Of a stretch of DNA of 64,000 nt, positions 17,488 through 25,895 are shown piece by piece; position 1 is the first letter of the stretch, and the number at the start of each line of letters is the position of its first letter. Position numbers and translations under genes: made by a program. This stretch comes from Candidatus Nealsonbacteria bacterium DGGOD1a. Its GTDB lineage: Bacteria; Patescibacteriota; Minisyncoccia; Minisyncoccales; UBA5738. The notes beneath the pieces were generated by a model. That model searched no databases. It was not told the origin of the DNA and saw nothing but the letters and a program-made list of their open reading frames with translations. The stretch covers positions 1,025,509 to 1,089,508 of the forward strand of contig CP092821.1 in assembly GCA_022530585.1 (NCBI GenBank). The letters run 5' to 3'.

Positions 17488-18243
17488 TTATTCCGCGCCC
17501 CGAATCTTTTTTTCCAAATTCTTCAATTCATCGGCAAATTCCCCCATCGAGATCCGGTATGCCAGATAATTCGGAAACGCTATTTCGGTTCCCGACGGCA
17601 ATTTTATTTTTATTCCTCCATTTTTCTCCGGCGCCGGCGAAACTTTATTTTCCTGTTCGTCGAAACCGCCGCCTAAAACATTCTGCGGCTCTTCGCTTTC
17701 CGGCGCGCCGCCGATTTCCGGGACATCCAACCGCCCGTCTCTGGCGATTCCGGCGAAATTTATCGTTTCAACAAAATTGGCCGCGGCAATCGCCGCGGCC
17801 TTTTGCGTTATCCCATAATCCGCGGTCAATACCGCTCCCAAATTATTGGGCAAAAAATCGCCGGCAAATCGCGCGACCAGCGCCCGGTAAAGCGCCGGTT
17901 GCAGCGCCGCGGCGCCGATTTCGATAACGCAATTTTCTTCAGGATATTTAAAAATCGCCCGGGCGCGGACGGTAACCGAATAACGCCCGGCGAAACGCGA
18001 CAATAATCCAAAATGAACCAGCGCGCCCACCTTGCCCGAAACCGCGCCGGAAAACGAAGCATAACCCAATCCCTGCGCCAGCGCGGCGCGCGAATGCGGC
18101 CCCGCTCCCAGATTTTCATAGATTTTCTTGGCCGCCTCGACCGCCCGCGGCAGAGACAGCAACGGATACGCCGCGCTGCGGGATTTTTTCGCGGTCAAAT
18201 TCCGCGCTTTAAATTGTTTTCCACTGTTTTTGACCATTATCAA
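17488..18243 (-). CDS. Hypothetical protein
   Basis: 251-aa ORF, the longest frame in a region of slightly higher GC. No motif recognised. Confidence 0.5.
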   Translation of the reverse strand: MIMVKNSGKQFKARNLTAKKSRSAAYPLLSLPRAVEAAKKIYENLGAGPHSRAALAQGLGYASFSGAVSGKVGALVHFGLLSRFAGRYSVTVRARAIFKYPEENCVIEIGAAALQPALYRALVARFAGDFLPNNLGAVLTADYGITQKAAAIAAANFVETINFAGIARDGRLDVPEIGGAPESEEPQNVLGGGFDEQENKVSPAPEKNGGIKIKLPSGTEIAFPNYLAYRISMGEFADELKNLEKKIRGAE

Positions 18244-18348
18244 TAATTTTATCTTTTTTTATCTTATCAAAACCAACTCCGGAGCGCAAATTATAAAATC
18301 CGCTATGTCTTACAACCAAAATTCGCTTCAATCCCCAACTCCAACCAC

Positions 18349-18437
18349 TTTTCCACAGGGTTGAGGATAAAATAATTATTTTTATCTTATTTTAAGATAA
18401 AATATGGAAACCAACCATGTGATTTGCCTGTGGATAA
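18349..18437. promoter_or_regulatory. Cluster of three DnaA-box-like 9-mers around an AT-rich tract
   Basis: TTTTCCACA (18349-18357), TGAGGATAA (18362-18370, reverse complement TTATCCTCA) and a perfect TGTGGATAA (18429-18437, reverse complement TTATCCACA). Confidence 0.3.
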
Positions 18438-18556
18438 AACAAAAACCGCCGGTGATGGCGGAGCACGAAACCATATTTCAAGGTCATCTAATCAATGCCT
18501 GCATCAACACAACCCCTTTGAAAAAGCGCTTGCACTGCGTAGCTTTAGCGAAGCAG

Positions 18557-18629
18557 TGGACCTGACCGGGCTCGAACCGACGACCTCTTCGATGCCATCG
18601 AAGCGCTCTACCAACTGAGCTACAGGCCC
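18557..18629 (-). tRNA. tRNA-Ala(GGC)
   Basis: Hand fold: acceptor GGGCCTG with G3:U70, D-arm GCTCAGTTGGTAGAGC, anticodon loop ATGGCAT, T-loop TTCGAGC. No encoded CCA. Confidence 0.8.
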
Positions 18630-19348
18630 ATTATAATTTTGGGTATTTCCAAAAGTTCCCTTACAATATCCGCGGAAAAATAATCAATGCGGCAAACGCC
18701 CTTATATTCTAATTTTTTTGACGGTTTGTCAACCGTCCTTGGATCGATCCTTGCCTCATAAAATTGGTTTAAGGGTATTTTTGTAATATTCGCCCAAAAA
18801 TGTTCCAATTTTTGAATATTTTGATCTGCCCTGCATTGAACTGTGCAACGAAATTTTTTTTCATCCAATTTATAAACCCTTCTTAACAAAGATAAAAATA
18901 AACCGATCGTTAAGGGATCTGAATTTCCAAAATACAAACAGTGCCTTACATTTTTTCCGCCTTCCCCCAGATACAACATCGCCAGCGCGATTTTCGCGGT
19001 ATCCGCGCTTTTTATCACATCTGGCAGATGCCGATTAATTTCTCTATACCTTTCAATTTTCCGCTCTATTTTTTTATGGATGGCAATCACGGCGAATTTT
19101 CGCGCCTTTTGCAATGTAAACAACTTATACGCGGTCAACTTTTTCCCATAGCCAGACGGCAAAGGTATATCTTTGCACCATCCCGAGAGTGTGCTTTTGG
19201 GAATTTTAACATCTAGCAAACCGCATATTTCTTTATATGTTTTCCCATCTTTTCGCAATTTGATCGCTTGTTCTCTAAATTGTTTATGCATTGATAATAT
19301 CGTACCATAGATTTTATCAATGTGGAATGAATTCAATTTTTCTATCAA
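18620..19348 (-). CDS. HTH + LAGLIDADG-like putative homing endonuclease
   Basis: 242 aa with an N-terminal HTH-like KTYKEICGLLDVKIPKSTLSGW. ALAMLYLGEGGK resembles a LAGLIDADG motif with a retained acidic residue. The stop codon lies 10 nt inside tRNA-Ala. Confidence 0.4.
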   Translation of the reverse strand: MIEKLNSFHIDKIYGTILSMHKQFREQAIKLRKDGKTYKEICGLLDVKIPKSTLSGWCKDIPLPSGYGKKLTAYKLFTLQKARKFAVIAIHKKIERKIERYREINRHLPDVIKSADTAKIALAMLYLGEGGKNVRHCLYFGNSDPLTIGLFLSLLRRVYKLDEKKFRCTVQCRADQNIQKLEHFWANITKIPLNQFYEARIDPRTVDKPSKKLEYKGVCRIDYFSADIVRELLEIPKIIMGL

Positions 19349-19431
19349 AACAAAAAACGCATTCCGACGCTAATCGTCAATTTTCAATAAATCAAATTTG
19401 TGGTGGGACGCCAATCCCACGATTAGTGCAG

Positions 19432-19503
19432 TGCCCCTGCCAGGAATCGAACCTGGATCTAGAGCTTAGGAGTCTCTCGTTCTATCCATTGAACTATAGG
19501 GGC
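19432..19503 (-). tRNA. tRNA-Arg(CCU)
   Basis: Hand fold: GCCCCTA..GTTCAATGGATAGAAC, anticodon loop CTCCTAA, T-arm CCAGG-TTCGATT-CCTGG. Two non-canonical pairs lower confidence. Confidence 0.7.
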
Positions 19504-19655
19504 GGATACCTCCCGCCTGCCGGCGGGATAATTTTCAATTTTCAATTTTCAAATAAATACAAACAACGCGAGTCAAGGGAAGCTTAGCAAAAAAATGGCT
19601 TGTTGGCAACGAAATTAGGTGATAAAATGGCTGATAATCCGATAATCCAAAACAA

Positions 19656-20699
19656 ATGCCAAAACAAAGAATAACCCGCTCGCCGATCGTTTCGGTTGCC
19701 AAGAAAGTGTGTCCGGCGGTAATCACCATTGTCGTCTCCAAAGATGTTTCCAAAGTGGAAGGATTTTATTTTGTGCCGCTGGGAGACCAGCAAACCGTAA
19801 TTCCCAAGATCAACAATTCCAAAGAAAAAACCAAGATCGGCGGCGGATCGGGATTCGTCATTTCGCCGGACGGATATATTCTCACTTGCTCGCATGTGGT
19901 TGACGATGTCGATGCCAGCTATACCGCGATTATCGACCCGGAGCATAAATATGCCTGCCAAGTTCTGGCCAAAGACCCGCTAATCGATGTAGCGATTCTA
20001 AAAATCAACGCCGAACGGTTGCCAAGTTTAACAATGGGAAATTCGACAAAAATACAACTGGGCGAAGATGTGCTGGCCGTGGGCAATCCCATGGGAGAAT
20101 TCGACGATACCCTATCAGCCGGCATCGTTTCCGGTTTGAGCCGCAAAATCACCGCCTATGGCGGAAGCAAAATGCAGGAAACCAGCCTCCGCGGCCTGAT
20201 CCAAACCGACGCAGCCATCAACCCGGGAAATTCCGGCGGGCCGCTGGTGAATATGAACGCCGAAGCCATCGGCATCAATACCGCCATGGTTATGGGCGCG
20301 CAAAATCTGGGATTTGCCATCCCGGTCAACTATGCCAAAAAGATGCTTGACGAAGTTCTCAAATACGGCAAATTAAAACGGCCGTTCATGGGTATCCGCT
20401 ATGTGATCCTCAATGCCGAAATCACGCAGGCCAACAAGCTTCCGGTTGACTACGGCGCCTTGATCGTGCGCGAAACATTCGGCGAACCGGCGGTGATCCC
20501 GGGAAGCGCCGCGGACCTCGCCGGGTTGAAAGAATATGATATCATTTTGGAATTCGGCGGCCAAAAAATCTCCAATGAACGGCTGTTAACCGATATTCTG
20601 CAAGATTGCAAAATCGGAGACGAAATTCCAATAGCGGTGATGCGCGACGGCAAGATCATCAAACTTGGCATCCGATTGCTGGAAAAAAAGAGCTGCTAG
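19656..20699 (+). CDS. HtrA/DegP-family serine protease with PDZ domain
   Basis: Catalytic blocks TCSHVV (His), DVAILKI (Asp) and GNSGGPLV (Ser), with a C-terminal PDZ-like region. Confidence 0.85.
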   Translation: MPKQRITRSPIVSVAKKVCPAVITIVVSKDVSKVEGFYFVPLGDQQTVIPKINNSKEKTKIGGGSGFVISPDGYILTCSHVVDDVDASYTAIIDPEHKYACQVLAKDPLIDVAILKINAERLPSLTMGNSTKIQLGEDVLAVGNPMGEFDDTLSAGIVSGLSRKITAYGGSKMQETSLRGLIQTDAAINPGNSGGPLVNMNAEAIGINTAMVMGAQNLGFAIPVNYAKKMLDEVLKYGKLKRPFMGIRYVILNAEITQANKLPVDYGALIVRETFGEPAVIPGSAADLAGLKEYDIILEFGGQKISNERLLTDILQDCKIGDEIPIAVMRDGKIIKLGIRLLEKKSC

Positions 20700-20755
20700 A
20701 ATTTTCCCGCAACATAAAAAACGGCCTTAACCCAAGGCCGTTTTTAAATATCCAA

Positions 20756-20980
20756 CTATTGCTGTTGCCTTGCCAATTTGGGCGCGACAATCGCCAGGTA
20801 AATGGCGGACAATCCAACCAGATCGTAAACGATTTTGGCAACAATCGGCGCCGCGCCGAATAATTGCGCCACCAAATCATAATCAAAAAGGCCGAATAAT
20901 CCCCAATTCAAACCTCCCGCGATCACCAAAACAAGAGCCGCAATGTCGAGCCAATTAAGTTTCATAAATTTAAAAAACAT
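20756..20980 (-). CDS. DUF378-type small membrane protein
   Basis: 74 aa. LDIAALVLVIAGGLNWGLFGLFDYDLV is the typical DUF378 pattern. Confidence 0.6.
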   Translation of the reverse strand: MFFKFMKLNWLDIAALVLVIAGGLNWGLFGLFDYDLVAQLFGAAPIVAKIVYDLVGLSAIYLAIVAPKLARQQQ

Positions 20981-21010
20981 TAATGAATTTAATAATACCC
21001 GACCTTTCGA

Positions 21011-21667
21011 TTATTGTAATATATTCTTGATTTCTGACAATGATTTGATTTTTTTCCATGCGATTTTTTCCAATTCCCGATCATAAGGATAAATCGCGAT
21101 TCCATGCCCGGTGAGCTTAAAAGCTTCAATGTCGTTTCGGCTGTCACCGACAAAAATTACTTGCCGGTCCGGCACATCCAGCTTCCGCGAAAGTTCTTTT
21201 ATTTGTCTGGCTTTCGTCGGCCCTTGTTCGCGGCCGTAATTGATTTTCGCGAGCGCTCCGCTATTGTCAAAATCGAATGACGCATGGCCAAAAAAACCAT
21301 CCGCTTCCACCTTTTGCGCGACAATATCCAGATAAAGATCGATGCTTCCTGAAATCAAATACACTCCATAGCCCGACTGCTTGAGATAATCAACCGTTTC
21401 TTTTGCGTCATCCCTTAAAGAGATTTTATTGAAAATATCTTGAATATTTTGTTTGGAAGCTTTGCCGCTCTCAAAATACATTTTTTCAAGACAATCGACG
21501 CCTTCCTCAAACGGCATCGAACCATTTTCGGTTTTTTCATATATTTCAACCACCTTTTCAACCGGGCAACCCAAATTACCGGTAAGAAACGCCCACGAAG
21601 ATTTGTTTTCGGTCAATGTTCCGTCAACATCAAAACAAATCAGTTTTTTATTAGACATATTATTCAA
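21011..21667 (-). CDS. HAD-superfamily hydrolase (phosphoserine phosphatase-like subfamily IB)
   Basis: Motif I FDVDGTL, SGS, and motif IV GDSRND. Confidence 0.7.
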   Translation of the reverse strand: MNNMSNKKLICFDVDGTLTENKSSWAFLTGNLGCPVEKVVEIYEKTENGSMPFEEGVDCLEKMYFESGKASKQNIQDIFNKISLRDDAKETVDYLKQSGYGVYLISGSIDLYLDIVAQKVEADGFFGHASFDFDNSGALAKINYGREQGPTKARQIKELSRKLDVPDRQVIFVGDSRNDIEAFKLTGHGIAIYPYDRELEKIAWKKIKSLSEIKNILQ

Positions 21668-22739
21668 AATATTTTAAAATTTCCGCGCAAGAATCGGACC
21701 GCGCCGCTCCCTGTCCGGCGCGCGGCATAATCAATATCTTTTCAACCGCCGCGACGATTTCATCCGGCGCAAGCGCCAACACGCCATAGCCGTATTTGGC
21801 AATAAACTCCGCGTTGCGTTCTTCCTGGCCCGGAATCGGATCGGTCATAATTATCTTCCTGCCAAGCACCAGACACTCCGAAATCACCAATCCCCCGGGC
21901 TTGCTGATCACCGCGTCGGCAATTTTCATATATTCGTCGATGCGGTTGGTCCAATTAACCAATTTAAAATTTTTTCGCGGCGGGATTTCATTTTTGATTT
22001 TTTTATAAAGATCATTATTGCCGCCGCAAACCATTACCAAATTTATTTTTTCTTCGCGTTCCAGCAACCCTTTGATAACCGGAATTACGAAATCCTTTGA
22101 CAAGCGGCTGATGAATGTCACCGTTTTAAAACCATTGCCAAACCCAAGCTTGCGTTTCAAGCCGCTTTGATCGTAGCGGCCGTAAAATTTCTGGCCGACG
22201 GGTATGCCGGTAACGGCAATTTTTTGTTCGTCCACGCCCACCCGGATCAAATCGTTCTTAACTTCGGGAATCGCCACGAAATACCGGTCGATCAGCGGCA
22301 CATTATAATAAGAGTGGCCATGGTAATCGGTGACCACAACCGCCATCGGTATTTGAGGATAAATTTCGCGGCACACCGGCGCCACCATGGGCGCGGGGAT
22401 GACATTGGTGAAAATAACTCCGTCCACGGCTTGCCTTCTTAAATAACGGCCAATGCGGCGCCGGAACAATCTCTGGAATCCGTTCGCTTTGCGAAACGCC
22501 GAAGAAACCATCTCTTTGTCGAATGTTTCATAAACCGCGCCCCAAATCGTTGGCAAACGGTCGTTGGTAATGTCATAAAAAATTTCGAAAAATTTGCCGA
22601 GTCCCGGTTCGATCTCGCAAAGGTCGACATGCCTGATCTTAAAATCCGGCAAATTATTTTTGGCATAGTCTTTCAACGCCTCCGCGGCTTTAATATGGCC
22701 CCACCCGGTTTTCATTGAGATCGCCAAAATCTTTTTCAT
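21660..22739 (-). CDS. MGDG-synthase/UgtP-like diacylglycerol glycosyltransferase (GT28)
   Basis: 359 aa with N-terminal SMKTGWGHIKAAEAL and a GT-B C-terminal half (SKPGGLVISE). Confidence 0.65.
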   Translation of the reverse strand: MKKILAISMKTGWGHIKAAEALKDYAKNNLPDFKIRHVDLCEIEPGLGKFFEIFYDITNDRLPTIWGAVYETFDKEMVSSAFRKANGFQRLFRRRIGRYLRRQAVDGVIFTNVIPAPMVAPVCREIYPQIPMAVVVTDYHGHSYYNVPLIDRYFVAIPEVKNDLIRVGVDEQKIAVTGIPVGQKFYGRYDQSGLKRKLGFGNGFKTVTFISRLSKDFVIPVIKGLLEREEKINLVMVCGGNNDLYKKIKNEIPPRKNFKLVNWTNRIDEYMKIADAVISKPGGLVISECLVLGRKIIMTDPIPGQEERNAEFIAKYGYGVLALAPDEIVAAVEKILIMPRAGQGAARSDSCAEILKYFE

Positions 22740-22912
22740 ATTCTTCTAAAAAATAACGGCGTTATTGTTTTTGTAATGATTCGCAAATTTTAAAAAATCT
22801 TGCGACCTTCCCCGCCACAAACAATCAGTTTTCCGCAACAACTAACCTTTTACACAAGATTTTTTAAAATTTGCGTGAGCCCCATTACAAAAACAATAAC
22901 GCCGCGCCCGCG
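22740..22912. repeat. Long intergenic palindrome
   Basis: AATAACGGCGTTATTGTTTTTGTAATG..CGCAAATTTTAAAAAATCTTG ... CAAGATTTTTTAAAATTTGCG..CATTACAAAAACAATAACGCCG. Confidence 0.65.
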
Positions 22913-23245
22913 TCACCCATGTCGGTCGATTTTCTCCCTTTCTTCCAAATACAACATCAAATCGGCATCCTCTTTTTGATCAATTCCATTCACGGAAAAT
23001 TTCACCGGACGGTTGAATATCTTGCGCTTGGTTTCTTTGACGCGGTTTACCACTTCCTTGTTGAGCAAGTGTTCCACATCTTCATCTTTCCAAGTCTCGG
23101 CCAGCAACTGCCGCCGCACATATTCAAACGACATCGTCCAAAATAACTTGGTCTTGGCGGCGCGATTATCCGCGATAAAATAAACCCTCCCCCAGTAAAG
23201 CCGGTTTTTTATATCCGTCTTGAATTTTTCCTTAATTATTTTCAT
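22913..23245 (-). CDS. Hypothetical protein
   Basis: 110-aa ORF. No motif recognised. Confidence 0.45.
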   Translation of the reverse strand: MKIIKEKFKTDIKNRLYWGRVYFIADNRAAKTKLFWTMSFEYVRRQLLAETWKDEDVEHLLNKEVVNRVKETKRKIFNRPVKFSVNGIDQKEDADLMLYLEEREKIDRHG

Positions 23246-23386
23246 CTTAATTCCGCCGCGATTAGTAATACACTGCTAATTAAATTACCCCTCTATTTTA
23301 TTCTTCCCCTTCTCCACCGCCGCGAAATAATTCTTCCGATCTAAAATTAAAAGTAAAAATACAACAAATACCAATACTAACGGCCA

Positions 23387-23519
23387 AATCAAAAATATAT
23401 TTTCCAAATGTATTTCGTCGAGCGGGGTATGAACCCCGCACGACGACCAAAGGGGGCACCCCTTTGGAATCCTCTTGGTGCACCCCGGGGCAAAGCCCCG
23501 AGGTATTGCACTCAATAAA
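23387..23519. repeat. 133-bp structured repeat, copy 2
   Basis: Identical by eye to 5881-6013, in the same orientation. Confidence 0.8.
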
Positions 23520-23607
23520 TATTATTATTTAATTTTCTATGATGCAATTTTTGTTTTAACGGGAATTTGGATTTTGTATGATGTCTTATCCATTGAATAT
23601 TTTTAAA

Positions 23608-23898
23608 TTATTTTGCGCCCATTTCCTCCTTAATCTTATCCGCAAGAATCATTTTAACCAAAGATTGATATGGCACATCCCGCTTATTGGCGATTTCTTT
23701 TAATTTAACAATCATATTTTCCGGCAAACGAATGGAAATTGCGCGAGTGGAAAATTTCAAATTGGAAAATTGGGCATCGGTTTTTGCCGCGCTCCAATCA
23801 ATATAATCGCCACTGTCGTTTTTAGCCCAAAACTCCCGCTCTTCATCTTGGGATTTAAATTTCGGGATAACTTTAAGTTTTTTATTTTTACCGTTCAT
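23608..23898 (-). CDS. brnA: BrnA-like (RHH) antitoxin
   Basis: 96 aa with EEREFWAKNDSGDYIDW and a C-terminal ribbon-helix-helix-like segment. Overlaps the brnT stop by 11 nt. Confidence 0.6.
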   Translation of the reverse strand: MNGKNKKLKVIPKFKSQDEEREFWAKNDSGDYIDWSAAKTDAQFSNLKFSTRAISIRLPENMIVKLKEIANKRDVPYQSLVKMILADKIKEEMGAK

Positions 23899-24110
23899 AT
23901 TGTTTCAAGTAAATGTCCCTTTCGTTTTTGTTCATCGAGCGGGACGATATAACGCGTATTTTAAAATTTCTAATCGTAAACACTTCAAATAAAAATCTGC
24001 TTTCGTTGGTACGGCCAAGGGCGTAAAAACGCTTTTCGCCATCCAACGAATGTTTGTCGTCCGATTGGATCAAAAGCGGCCGATTGGCAAATATCTCCTC
24101 GCATTCCCAA

Positions 24111-25573
24111 TGTCAAATGATAATAGAAATGTCATACCCTGAATTTTTTTAGAAATGTCATACTTGGAAAAATTTTTAGAAAATTTCGCTTTCAAGAAAA
24201 TACCTTTTCGTATTCTTCCAGCTTGGCAAACTTTCCGCGCCAGGGATGGTTCGGCGCCGGAGTGCGCGCCTTGCTCGCCGCAATAGCCACCGGCAGCGGC
24301 TCAGCCGCCTTTTGCGGCTTGGCCGGCAAAAGCTTGAAATTCAAGTATTTGCCGCGCAATCTGATCGCCAGCGATCCGTCAAGCCGTTCTTCAACCAGCG
24401 CTTTTTCTTGCCGCCGGATTGTTAATGGCTGTTCTTTGCTTAATTGATACCAATGATTTTTGAATTGAATGGTAAAGTCATTTTTCACTTGCCGGGTTGA
24501 CTGGACCGAGAATATCGCGTCCAAATTCGATAATTCCTTGTCGGTCAGTTTGCGATGCAGATCGGTCTTGATTTTGGGAGCGACGGCGAATCTTTTGCCG
24601 TAGTCGCCGGCCCAGAATTCTTCCAAAAACTCATTGGCTTCTTCAACAGTGGAAATGTTTTGCAAGCGCAATTCCTTTACCAGCCGGTCTTGGAAGGTGC
24701 CGAAAGGATTCTCCACCCGGCCTTTGGCTTGCGGACTGTGGGCGGTGATCAGGGCAATATCCAATTCTTTGCAAGCCCTTTGAAATTGCGTTAACAGCTC
24801 ATGATTGTCTTTGGCGTTCTTGTGGTTGATTTTGTAAGTGCTGAATTTGTCCAAGTAGATGGCAATCGGCTTGCCGTATTTTTGAATGTATTCCTTCCAG
24901 TAGGCAAAGACATCTTGAATGCCTTCGCTTGTGCCGAGTTTGAGCTTGACCGGCTTGCCGGTGGCATCGTCAATGCCGGAGAGCAGGCAAAATTCCCCGC
25001 CGCGACCTTCAAACCAGAAATGGTAGCAACCGTCAAACTGGATCATCTCGCCGAAACTGTCCTTGCGTTCCCTTTGGGAGCGATATTGTTTGTTGCGCTT
25101 TCGTTTTTTGGGAATCCAGATTTTTTCTTTGATCATCAAGTTTCGCGTGGCGGCCGGGCCGATATCCAGACGATGGATTTCCACCAGCTTTTCATGGGCG
25201 AATACGGGACCGAAATCAGGGTAATTTGTTTCAATTATATCTTTGGCTTCTTGATACAATGCCGGATCGGTTTTGTGGTTGCTTTCCCTGCCTCTTAATT
25301 TGTGAATGATGCCTTTGGCGCCATTGGCGATTGTTCTTGCCTTCAAACGCTTTACCTGCCTTACCGACAGAGATAATTGCTTGGCCGCGTCCGTGCCGTT
25401 GATCAATTTGGCAATCAAATTCTTGATCACTTGATACTTGGCTAAATCTTTTTGCGTCATACCAATAATTTCTTTTTCCATGGTTGATGGGATTAATTTA
25501 TTAATCCCATCATACCGCGAGGTATGACATTTCTATTATCACCGTACTATGACATTACTATTATTAAATGACA
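24111..25573 (-). mobile_element. ISNCY/IS481-like insertion sequence (1463 bp) with 15-bp target duplication
   Basis: Ends TGTCAAATGATAATAGAAATGTCATAC and GTATGACATTACTATTATTAAATGACA match 23/27 as an inverted repeat. Flanking direct repeat TCCTCGCATTCCCAA at 24096-24110 and 25574-25588. Subterminal AGAAATGTCATAC repeats. Confidence 0.8.
24192..25481 (-). CDS. DDE (rve-type) transposase, ISNCY/IS481-like
   Basis: 429 aa with an N-terminal HTH (QLSLSVRQVKRLK). Integrase core has GIDDATG, YLDKFSTY and SPQAKGRVE. Confidence 0.75.
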   Translation of the reverse strand: MEKEIIGMTQKDLAKYQVIKNLIAKLINGTDAAKQLSLSVRQVKRLKARTIANGAKGIIHKLRGRESNHKTDPALYQEAKDIIETNYPDFGPVFAHEKLVEIHRLDIGPAATRNLMIKEKIWIPKKRKRNKQYRSQRERKDSFGEMIQFDGCYHFWFEGRGGEFCLLSGIDDATGKPVKLKLGTSEGIQDVFAYWKEYIQKYGKPIAIYLDKFSTYKINHKNAKDNHELLTQFQRACKELDIALITAHSPQAKGRVENPFGTFQDRLVKELRLQNISTVEEANEFLEEFWAGDYGKRFAVAPKIKTDLHRKLTDKELSNLDAIFSVQSTRQVKNDFTIQFKNHWYQLSKEQPLTIRRQEKALVEERLDGSLAIRLRGKYLNFKLLPAKPQKAAEPLPVAIAASKARTPAPNHPWRGKFAKLEEYEKVFS

Positions 25574-25895
25574 TCCTCGCATTCCCAAAACAAAACTTTG
25601 TGTTTTGTCCAATTTTTATCAATATTGCCGCTATCCCAATCAAATCCCTGGATATCGCTAAAATCAAATTCATTCATTGTATATTATGATTATATACAAA
25701 TACAAACTACTTTGTCAAGTCGCCATCCCTAGCTAACAACTTCCATTAGACACATTGCCGGAATCAAACCAATTAAAAAACTCATAAAGGCTGTTTTTGT
25801 TTTAATGGGAATTTTAATTTTGTTTGAGGTTTGGTTCATATTCAGTTTATAGAGGTCGCACCTTGCCGTAATCAGCAAGGTGCGACTTCCCAAAT

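Larger units (their letters stand above)
23888..25677 (-). pseudogene. brnT: BrnT (DUF497) toxin gene split by IS insertion
   Basis: 5-prime part 25677..25574: MNEFDFSDIQGFDWDSGNIDKNWTKHKVLFWECE. 3-prime part 24110..23888: ..EIFANRPLLIQSDDKHSLDGEKRFYALGRT..IRVISSRSMNKNERDIY. Both are in the same frame across the 15-bp duplication. Confidence 0.8.

Noticed and set aside
18244-18556. Calling this gap the chromosomal origin
   Set aside because: There are only three DnaA-box-like sites and no dnaA or dnaN nearby. I kept it as a low-confidence regulatory note rather than an oriC call.
19528-19554. Tandem ATTTTCAA x3 repeat as a possible mini CRISPR or array
   Set aside because: The units are only 8 nt long with no spacers. 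The same motif occurs upstream of another tRNA and looks like a promoter or UP-type element. No CRISPR array was seen anywhere in the window.
25853-25890. Hairpin GGTCGCACCTTGC..GCAAGGTGCGAC after the carboxyltransferase gene as an intrinsic terminator
   Set aside because: The stem is strong, but no T-run follows on either strand. I did not list it as a terminator, although it may still stabilise the 3-prime end.
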